Of a stretch of 64,000 nucleotides of DNA, positions 24,014 to 32,230 are shown piece after piece. Within the stretch, counting starts at the first letter, position 1, and each line of letters opens with the position of its first letter. The translations under genes and the position numbers were made by a program. The DNA lies in assembly GCA_949358305.1 (NCBI GenBank), contig OX442314.1, positions 2,728,001 through 2,792,000 of the forward strand, written 5' to 3'. The notes beneath the pieces are model-generated. The model saw only the letters and a list, made by a program, of their open reading frames with translations, was not told the DNA's origin and did no database searches. This stretch comes from Strigamia acuminata. Lineage: Eukaryota.

Positions 24014-24496
24014 ATGAGATTTCACTATGAACTAAACCCTCAAATCTGCATGGATAGATATTGCTCAAATCATGCGCAAATAGGTGGAGCAGATCTTCCT
24101 ATATTTGTAGGATCTCGCTATCAACAAGGACATGGTTTGGGTTCACTTATAAGTGACGCATTTCGAATTGTAAAGCCTTTTGTGAGAAGTGGAGCGTTGG
24201 ATGCAGCAACGTATGGTTTGAAGAGAGGATTAGACGTAATTTCCGATATGCGTGTAAACAAGAGAAAATTTGGAAATGCATTTAAAGATCAGGTTGTTCG
24301 AACCAAATCGGATTTTTTAAAAAAGATTGGTGTACAGAAAGGAGGCAAACAAAAGCGGATGGATGGTAAACAAAAGAAAAGACGTGTAACCAAACAAAAG
24401 AATCAGTCTAAGAGACGAACTCGACCAAAGAAGAACGTGCGTAGGAAGTCCTGCAAAAGGAAAACTTCACTTCTTGGACCTGACATATTTGATTAG
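24014..24496 (+). CDS. Basic DNA-condensing core protein (pVII-like)
   Basis: QIGG..PIFVG.RYQQGHGLGSL motif and a very K/R-rich C-terminal third. It lies between the minor and major capsid genes. Confidence 0.75.
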   Translation: MRFHYELNPQICMDRYCSNHAQIGGADLPIFVGSRYQQGHGLGSLISDAFRIVKPFVRSGALDAATYGLKRGLDVISDMRVNKRKFGNAFKDQVVRTKSDFLKKIGVQKGGKQKRMDGKQKKRRVTKQKNQSKRRTRPKKNVRRKSCKRKTSLLGPDIFD

Positions 24497-24498
24497 CC

Positions 24499-25836
24499 AT
24501 GCCGCAATTTCCCCATGAATCATCTGCCGAAGGCGCGACTCCAGAACTAGACATTTTTGGATTACCACTCACACAAATAACTGTGGAAGATAATTATTGG
24601 AGTGAATACCATCCAATTACAGCCGTAACTGCAGGACAGCCATTAGATTTTTCAATCAAGGGTACTGCTGATACGTACATTGACTTGAGTCAAACATACT
24701 TGTTACTAAATGTAACTGTAACCGATGGTGCTGGGGCTGTAATTACAAAAACAGCTAAGGTTTCTCCTACAAATTTATTCCTACATTCATTGTTCAGTCA
24801 AATAGATGTTAGACTAAATGATAAGCTAGTGTCAGCTTCCGATTCAAATTATTGTTATAGAAGTTATCTCGAAACAATTCTCAGTTTTTCAAATGATGCC
24901 AAAAAGAGTTATAAAACAGTGGAGATGTATTATGAGGATACAGGAGGATCATTTGATGATTTAGATCCAACAGTAGCAGATTTTAACGAGGAGTTTGGAA
25001 TTTATAAACGATATCATCGACTCATGCAGGATGGTGATTGTGGAAAATTACAGATGTTTGGAAGACTTCACTGCGATATCTTTTCTCAACCACATTATCT
25101 CATAAATAATGTTGACTTGCGAATTACACTTACTAGACAAAATGATGCATTTAGTTTAATTTCAAAAGAGGCAGGGGCGGCCTATAAAACAGTTATAAAT
25201 GATGCAACTTTATTTGTAAAAAAGATAGTTCCTAGCGCTAGTGTACTCTTAGCTCATCATCAAGCATTAGAGCAACGTAATGCGAAATATCCCATTAGAA
25301 GGGTAGAAGTTAAGACATTTACAATTGCTACAGGATCGCAAACTGCTATGATTGATAATGCATTTCTCGGTCAATATCCATCCCGATTGATTATTGGTCT
25401 TGTGAAAAACACTGCCTACTGCGGATCATATGCCAGTAATCCGTATAATTTTGAAAACCAAGGAATAAATTTTCTTCAAGTATTTTTGGATGGAAAAGGA
25501 GTACCAATGAGTCCATATAAGCCAGATTTTGCAAAAGGACAAGCAGCTCGTGAATTTATTACCTTATACCAAACTATGAATAGAGCAGATAAAGATTTAG
25601 GATTAGGCATTTCGTATACTGATTATTGTTTAGGCGGAAATGTTTTATTTGGATTTGATTTAACGCAAGATGCATCCGCCGGTCAACCACATTTGAATTT
25701 AGTAAAACAAGGAAATGTTAGGATTGAAATGAGATTTAATAAAGCCTTAACTGCAACCATAACCGTATTAGTACTGGCGGAATATCAATCCATACTGGAG
25801 ATTGATAGAGCGAGGAATATCATTACTGAATTTTAA
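24499..25836 (+). CDS. Major capsid protein (double jelly-roll, PY/hexon-like)
   Basis: 445 aa with ELDIF..P.TQ, YIDLSQTYL, LHSLFSQIDV.LN, G..PSRLIIGLV, NPYNF and FDLT.D motifs typical of Maverick MCPs. Confidence 0.92.
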   Translation: MPQFPHESSAEGATPELDIFGLPLTQITVEDNYWSEYHPITAVTAGQPLDFSIKGTADTYIDLSQTYLLLNVTVTDGAGAVITKTAKVSPTNLFLHSLFSQIDVRLNDKLVSASDSNYCYRSYLETILSFSNDAKKSYKTVEMYYEDTGGSFDDLDPTVADFNEEFGIYKRYHRLMQDGDCGKLQMFGRLHCDIFSQPHYLINNVDLRITLTRQNDAFSLISKEAGAAYKTVINDATLFVKKIVPSASVLLAHHQALEQRNAKYPIRRVEVKTFTIATGSQTAMIDNAFLGQYPSRLIIGLVKNTAYCGSYASNPYNFENQGINFLQVFLDGKGVPMSPYKPDFAKGQAAREFITLYQTMNRADKDLGLGISYTDYCLGGNVLFGFDLTQDASAGQPHLNLVKQGNVRIEMRFNKALTATITVLVLAEYQSILEIDRARNIITEF

Positions 25837-25844
25837 CTCAAGCT

Positions 25845-26369
25845 ATGAACACGCTCCAAATAACGGAGATTTTATCTAAGAATTCAGTGACGAGGCAAAT
25901 TTTTAAAGGTGTATATCCAATTGATTTGCTATCCTCATCGCAACAAACAAACAAAACATGCGCGTTTGTTGTAAATACTCATCCCCATACAAAACCAGGC
26001 GAACATTGGGTAGCATTGTTTCGAGATGAGAAAGTACCCGGTGCGATTGAATATTTTGATTCGTTCGGTAAACCACCAGCGAAAGAAATTACTGCTTTTA
26101 TTCAAAATATTGGATGTAAACTAACCAACAGGATTACTCAAACCTATCAATCACCGTGTAGTCTCGCATGTGGATATTATTGCATTTATTTTATTTATAA
26201 TAGGTGTAAAGGAAAAAGCTTTGATTATATAAAAAATCAATTTAATCCAAGAAATCCATATTACAATGATAAAAAAGTTACAAAATTTGTTAAACATATT
26301 TTTAATTTTAAGATGTCAACATTGTATGATAAAAATTGTATCGTACAAATAAGTAAAACAAAGAAATAA
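25845..26369 (+). CDS. Adenain-like cysteine maturation protease
   Basis: Catalytic motifs GEHW, YFDSFG and Q...S..CGYYC. Confidence 0.93.
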   Translation: MNTLQITEILSKNSVTRQIFKGVYPIDLLSSSQQTNKTCAFVVNTHPHTKPGEHWVALFRDEKVPGAIEYFDSFGKPPAKEITAFIQNIGCKLTNRITQTYQSPCSLACGYYCIYFIYNRCKGKSFDYIKNQFNPRNPYYNDKKVTKFVKHIFNFKMSTLYDKNCIVQISKTKK

Positions 26370-26398
26370 AGTAATTGTTACAAAATCTGGTGTTTCTA

Positions 26399-26725
26399 TC
26401 AACCTGGTGTATCTAACCCATAGATGGATTTATAAATCAACCACTCTTCATTCAGTCCTTTTTCAAAAGTAATTCTCATTAATGGACAATAGGCATACCA
26501 AGAATAATGTTCCAAAAGAGGTATGTCACCACGTTTCCACTCTTTTAATCGACCGAGACAGTAGACGCACTCAACATGATCATTTTCACCCAAGTATTTG
26601 AATCCAGCACGGGCTAAGGTGGAAGGGTCGGCGATGTGTCTAGAAACAGGCCAGTTGCGAAAGGTTTGCTTCCGTTCCCGGATTCGCCGCATCATCTCCG
26701 TTCGCATTTTCATTTCCCGTTCCAT
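26399..26725 (-). CDS. Single-BIR inhibitor-of-apoptosis-like protein
   Basis: R..TF.NWP, LARAGF.Y.G..D.V.C and Cx2Cx16Hx6C spacing (CVYC...EH...YC). The start codon is uncertain. Confidence 0.88.
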   Translation of the reverse strand: MEREMKMRTEMMRRIRERKQTFRNWPVSRHIADPSTLARAGFKYLGENDHVECVYCLGRLKEWKRGDIPLLEHYSWYAYCPLMRITFEKGLNEEWLIYKSIYGLDTPG

Positions 26726-27299
26726 GAAGGAGGGCTTCAAGATCGTCGAGATAAGAATGGTCTTGAGTTTCAATACACCACTCCTTAAAGCAAAGACACT
26801 CAGCTTGAGGACAGTGCATTAACTTGGAGGGAAGTAGGGATTCATGAAGGTGACATAAAGGTTTTGAATCAGGATCAAGATTAAAATGAAGGTCCTGATA
26901 TTTTGGACATCCCAATGATTCCAGGTCGAGGTATGGAATGTCACATTTGATTAACCAATTTTTTTCAATTTGGCCTCCTTTGAATGCAATAATTGGTCTG
27001 TTGGCTTCCTGAACACAATTTATATGTAAAGATGTGAGGATAAAAGGAATCCAGCTTTGAGGTAGATCATCAGGACCATCTTCAAACTTCATACCGTGGA
27101 TATTACGTTTTAACCAAGCAGCAACTTTTTGCCATTTTGGTTCTAGTTTGTCAAATTGTCCAACACGAAAGTGATAACTTAAAGTAGAATCCTTGTATAG
27201 AAAACACACTCCGAGCTCCTTGAGTAGAAAGTCGGGACCAAACTGGAATCCCTCAAAGTCAATAATACAACCTACGTTTTTTAATTGTTCCGAATTCAT
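26640..27299 (-). CDS. Zn-binding DEDD-type 3'-5' exonuclease-like protein
   Basis: IIDFEGF (ExoI), KEL, IHG, KGG..EK, DLE..GCP, LCHLH and HCPQAEC. The ORF is open from 27329. Confidence 0.75.
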   Translation of the reverse strand: MNSEQLKNVGCIIDFEGFQFGPDFLLKELGVCFLYKDSTLSYHFRVGQFDKLEPKWQKVAAWLKRNIHGMKFEDGPDDLPQSWIPFILTSLHINCVQEANRPIIAFKGGQIEKNWLIKCDIPYLDLESLGCPKYQDLHFNLDPDSKPLCHLHESLLPSKLMHCPQAECLCFKEWCIETQDHSYLDDLEALLHGTGNENANGDDAANPGTEANLSQLACF

Positions 27300-27312
27300 T
27301 CTAAAACACGAA

Positions 27313-28011
27313 TTAAAATAAATATTCATTTATAATAATATCATTAAATAAATGGAACTTACTTTGAATGATGTTTCTAAAAGTTAAGTTGATTCGCGGA
27401 TGAAGTGCAGAAATTTGCTTTGGAAGACTGTGATACCAAAAACGGTTTGTAGGTTGGTGCATTAGCAGAATGCTACCGTGTTCCAACGCGAGAGAAATCG
27501 GCTTTGGTGGTAAGACTGAGTTGCGAATAGTATACTTTCGCTTAAGAGACACGTGACGAAGAACAAAGTTTCTGTTTTGTCCTAGAGACAGGCTCGCTAT
27601 TGGTGCGTTTGGATGAAGTCCCACCTCATCGTCTCGATGTTCACCAATAGTCTGGTTGCCATTTGCATAACGATTAACGAGAACAAAGTTAAATTCATGT
27701 CCGGTAACAAACTGAACGGCATCTCGTAAATCACGCAAAAGAGGAGTCCAAGTTTTAACCGGTAAAGTATTACCAGAAAATGAATATTTCAATCCATCAT
27801 CACCAAATGCAACTTGTTGTCTCGGTATATTGATCCACTTGCCATAAATCTTGATTTGACTCAGTCTACCTGTATAGTATGTGATTTCATTTTCCAGCTT
27901 TTGAAATGTAGAATCAGCTACTTCTTTGTTGAAAAGAAGCCCATACTGCAAGTGTAAATCCTGCTTGAGAATATCTTTCCAACAAACAGGCTCTATTGTC
28001 GTCTTCTCCAT
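27313..28011 (-). CDS. AlkB-family 2OG-Fe(II) dioxygenase (ALKBH2-like)
   Basis: PRQQVAFGD, Y.FSG, NFVLVNRY.NG, HRDDE (HxD), IASLSLG, WYHSLP and RINLTFR. Confidence 0.93.
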   Translation of the reverse strand: MEKTTIEPVCWKDILKQDLHLQYGLLFNKEVADSTFQKLENEITYYTGRLSQIKIYGKWINIPRQQVAFGDDGLKYSFSGNTLPVKTWTPLLRDLRDAVQFVTGHEFNFVLVNRYANGNQTIGEHRDDEVGLHPNAPIASLSLGQNRNFVLRHVSLKRKYTIRNSVLPPKPISLALEHGSILLMHQPTNRFWYHSLPKQISALHPRINLTFRNIIQSKFHLFNDIIINEYLF

Positions 28012-28108
28012 GTTTTTTCATCCAAAAGAAACATCAGCTCGGTATATATAGCAGTTAACCTATTCTGCTGTCCAATCGGAGACATGTCTAAACTTGCCCT
28101 CCCAAGCG

Positions 28109-28387
28109 GTTTCAACAAATTATAGCAGAGGACTCCTCCCCTTTGCACCGCTCACTTCCTGTTTTATCCCCCCTTCCAAACAGTGCCATTGCTGAGACAT
28201 GTTGAAACTTGTCTAAAATGGTTTCAACGAATCATAGCAGAGGAGACATTTGCACCACTCACTTTCTGTTTTATCCTCCCTTCCAAACAGTGCAATTGAT
28301 GAGATATGTTGAAACTTGTCTAAAATGGTTTCAACGAATCATAGCAGAGGACAACGTTGCACCGCTCGCTTCCTGTTTTATCCTCCA
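28109..28387. repeat. About 2.5 tandem copies of a 107-112-bp unit carrying a GTTGAAAC-N12-GTTTCAAC palindrome
   Basis: Units begin with GTTTCAAC at 28109, 28221 and 28328. A related copy lies at about 29312-29376. Confidence 0.85.
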
Positions 28388-28594
28388 TTTCCACTAATAT
28401 AACACAAACACCCTTATTACAACTTAACTTATTTGTTAAAGAAATTAATGAAAGAAAAAAGATGTATTCTTATTCAAACAAATTTTATTTATATAATTAA
28501 CACAAAAAAAAAAGAAATAAGTACAAAAAAAAAAATTTAAACTAAAGTATACAATTTCTATTCTACCAATACAAATAACAAATTAACTATAAAT

Positions 28595-29299
28595 CTATTC
28601 ATCATCATCAGTATCGACAGGTACACTGGTAGGTTTTGAATTGACATCCTCATCAGAAGAATCCACAAAATGCACACCAGGAATGGGTCTCTGATATGGT
28701 TTCTTCTTCATTTGCTTTCTCTCCTTTTTCTTTTTTAAAACAATTGGAGCTTGAGATGTGGTCGGAGTAACAAATGAACTTGCAGTTGTTTCCTCGGGAA
28801 TAGCTGGAAATTGAAGGTTGCTCTCTTGCAACTTTGACAGAGCTTCATCGATGCCCGAAAATATGGATGATCGCTGCTTCTTGAGTTGACGCCATTGTTC
28901 ATACGAAAGCAGAATAAACTTCTCTGGCGCAAATGAATGACATATCATCAAAGATACATCATCAGTTTTCGACTTGGAAATAGTGACTAAAACACCACCT
29001 ACACACTCAATGGTTGATGATTTCTTGGTTTTTAAATTCGCAATTTCACTCGTTATCTGCTTCCAATGTTCCACAAAATCATAAAATGTCTTAACGTTCA
29101 TGCACATACCATCACGAGAGGGATACAGCTTTCCGTTCGGGTATGTCAGAAATCGTCTTAGGTGGATGTAGACTCCAGCTAGAAATGGATTGACTTGACA
29201 ATAGATCTCCCCACCAAGAGAGTAGATCCCGCTGCTTGAAGTAGTAGTCATGGCTTGTTTGTGAAAGAAATGGTGAGTATCCCAAAATGCGAGTTGCAT
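28595..29299 (-). CDS. PC4-like protein (probably tandem PC4 domains) with a basic patch and acidic tail
   Basis: YSLGGEIYCQVNPF..GVYIHLRRF.....KLYPSRDGMCM and a second unit ending LSYEQWRQLK. The C-terminus is DSSDED...DTDDDE. Confidence 0.72.
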   Translation of the reverse strand: MQLAFWDTHHFFHKQAMTTTSSSGIYSLGGEIYCQVNPFLAGVYIHLRRFLTYPNGKLYPSRDGMCMNVKTFYDFVEHWKQITSEIANLKTKKSSTIECVGGVLVTISKSKTDDVSLMICHSFAPEKFILLSYEQWRQLKKQRSSIFSGIDEALSKLQESNLQFPAIPEETTASSFVTPTTSQAPIVLKKKKERKQMKKKPYQRPIPGVHFVDSSDEDVNSKPTSVPVDTDDDE

Positions 29300-29376
29300 T
29301 TATACAGGATAACTCCTCCCCTTTGAACCGCTCACTTCCTGTTTTACCCTTCCTTTCCATCACTGACATTGATGAG

Positions 29377-29759
29377 TACCCAATAATATCTCTCCTTTGG
29401 TTAAAAGTAGCCTAAGGGTCCTTTGAAAATTTGGGAAAAACAACAACAAGGTGCTTAAGGAAAGAAAAACAAGGGGCCTTTGAAAATTTGGGAAAAACAA
29501 CAACAAGGTACTTAAGTAAAGAAAAACAATAACAAATAATAGCCTAGGGCACATTGATCGAATGATAAGATTGATTGATTGAGGCAATTAGTCATCCCCA
29601 CTTAGCTCTCCCCTTATCTCCCCCTCTCCTTATCTCCCCTCCCCTTATCTCCCCCTCCACTTATCTTCCCCTCCCCTTATCTCCCCCTACTTACCCCTCA
29701 CCACCCCCCACCCCCCTCACCACCAACCACTGGCCCAGGACTGCCACTATCCCCCTACT
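29377..29759 (-). repeat. Right terminal inverted repeat
   Basis: Reverse complement of 14301-14683. Confidence 0.96.
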
Positions 29760-32106
29760 CCCATTGTAAATGAAATGTGTTCGCTCGAAGCGCATCCTTG
29801 ACTCATCATCTCCAATTATCGAGTTACATTAATTGCTCCTCTAATAACATCATTAAAGTTACATAAAACCTTTGACAGAGGGGGGTCTTGAAGAACCCCG
29901 CGAACGGTTTTTGACATACCGGCGATATTAAAAAATTGGATGACGTGTATTCGAGGAGCAGCAGAGCGTGTAAGGTGTGGGGTCAACAAGATGCTGTGTT
30001 ATTGGTTACTAAGCAACCGGAGACGTTAATATTTCTTGTGTGTTGGGCGCTGAACCGTCTTTCAATCTGGGCTTGGGCATTTGCATTTGCATGCCAATAC
30101 AGCACCCACACCATACGGAGGGGCATCAGTTGCCAAAAGTCAAAACAGGCGCGCACATCAACGCCCGTAAAAATTGACTTTTTTGACAAGTTCTACACTT
30201 TTACAACATCGTGTAATTAAGTGCATAACCTTTTGAGACTGAATTATGAAATTACCGGTAAGTGTCAAAATGCGTTTTTGAGACAAACTGGAATTTATAA
30301 TCCCAAAATGTATTTATTTTTAAACACACCAAATGCAAAAAGTCCATTTTTACACGCAAAAAGTGCAGAAAAGTCGAGGGCCGTCTGGAATAAAACGATA
30401 ATGTCGTTGGAATGTTTATTGAAATGACGCTAACAGCATTTTTATGTCAACATATTTTCCATGTTAGAAAAGTGAGCAATGTACAGTAATATTTTCAATT
30501 TTTACATTGTTGGCGTTTATTTTGTCTGCTCGTACATTTGTTCATTGAGTTAACAAACGTCAATTGTCTGGTCTGATGTCTCGTGTCTCGCTCATACTGT
30601 TGTCGGCCATTGTTCACTTTGGTTCTGCTCGTTCTTGACTTGTTCTTATCTCATCGTTTTCTATTTCCATTTTAATGATTTTAAATTATGCAGGTTTGAT
30701 ATTCCATTCATCCTAGAATTCATGTAAGGACCACAGTTCATTTCTCGTGTAAGATCGAATCGCAAATTATGCAAATTATTAGTGCTGAATCGTAGGCCTA
30801 ATGACTGAGTGGATTTGTTCCAATTTGTTTCCATTTCTTTTGCCGTATGCACAACCAAGGAACTGGGTTAGGATTGTATTTCCAGTCGATGGTTTGATTT
30901 TTATCAATATTTCTTCATTTCTTTCATGTCTCAAAAAGTTTCCATCCTATTTATTATACGCCTAATCTAAACTTGATCAAAAAGTTTCCATTCTATTTAT
31001 TATAGGCCTAATGGCTTCCTTTCATTGATTTTGTGTGTAAATAATGGGTGTTAATGATGGTGAATATTCACTTTGTGCTCCCATGTGCAAATATTTCGCC
31101 AATTACCCAGCAAGTTGCGCAAACAAAATAATGTTCATATGGATGAATGTGCACATGTAAAAATTCTGAGAATCTGCATCTCTTTTTCTCTTATATTGCC
31201 AAGTTTTTGTTTTTATCGTTCTGGCTTCAGTGAGGAAATATATTTTTTTGTTTCAAGTTGTACTTTGCCGCAGCAGTGACTGTTTCTTCTTCTGGACTGT
31301 TCCAGTTTCTTTCTTGGATGAGTTTGCCAATACCCTATTCTATCTATCTTTGAATCTTTCTGTTCTGGTGAAATATTGTTCTTGCTCATTATGGTCTTAC
31401 ATTTTGGTGTATGAAAGATGCTACTGAAGCACTTTCCTTTACTTGAGAATGACAAATTAACAAAAAAACGGCACAAGACAAAACAAAATTCAAATTCCAA
31501 TGTATCTTTATTAACCGATGGCCAAATTCACTCGAGAGATTATTCACTACACGAATAATCCTCGATTAATCCGAATAATTCTGTTTACATGCCAGTTGTG
31601 CACACGAGTGAGACGAAATATTCCATGCATGTAAACATGTAAACTCACTATTACTATAGTAATAGTGAGTTTCCACAAATATATTCTAAGACATGTGAAT
31701 CCAGCAATACAATAATGCAAGATAGCATAATACAGTGCAGTTGTGTCACGATTACCTATCCTGTCCGTGAGCGACGATTACGTGTCCACGCGATTTGTCC
31801 CGTACGATTCTTGCTTACTTTCGTCAATCTGTTGCAAATAATTCCTACAGAAATAATCACATATATAAATGATGATGAATATATTAAATCACTTCTTGCT
31901 TGCAGCATTATTAGCATGACTATTGCTTGACTTTTGTTAGTTAGACTGCACACTTAAAAAAATGGCAAAATTAATACCCGGTACTATTTTGTAATCACTG
32001 TACAGTTCTGTCAAACACTTAAATTGTACGTTTTATTAGTATGTGGGTAGGGCGTTTCTTCCTTTTTTCTTCTTGTATGTGGGTATAAGGAAAAATAACG
32101 GATATA

Positions 32107-32230
32107 CCATACTGCCTCATTTAAACGCCCGGGCGTTTAATTTTTTTTTTGGGCCACGGTGCACGGTGCAATAAACGCCGCCCAACCCCCGGCGTTTATT
32201 TGGGCCCGGCGTTTAAATGAGGCAGTACGG
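32107..32230. mobile_element. Small Tc1/mariner-pogo-type MITE with a TA TSD
   Basis: ~23-bp TIRs CCATACTGCCTCATTTAAACGCC and GGCGTTTAAATGAGGCAGTACGG, flanked by TA. The paralogous empty site at about 6921 has a single TA. Confidence 0.85.

Larger units (their letters stand above)
14301..29759. mobile_element. Maverick/Polinton (adintovirus-like endogenous virus), full length
   Basis: Termini are AGTAG...CTACT, TIRs are 383 bp, and the 6-bp TSD CCCATT is at 14295-14300 and 29760-29765. pPolB, integrase, ATPase, capsid and protease ORFs are all uninterrupted. Confidence 0.98.

Noticed and set aside
28109..28387. CRISPR-like appearance of the palindromic repeats
   Set aside because: The intervening sequences are repeated rather than unique spacers, there are no cas genes, and the context is eukaryotic.
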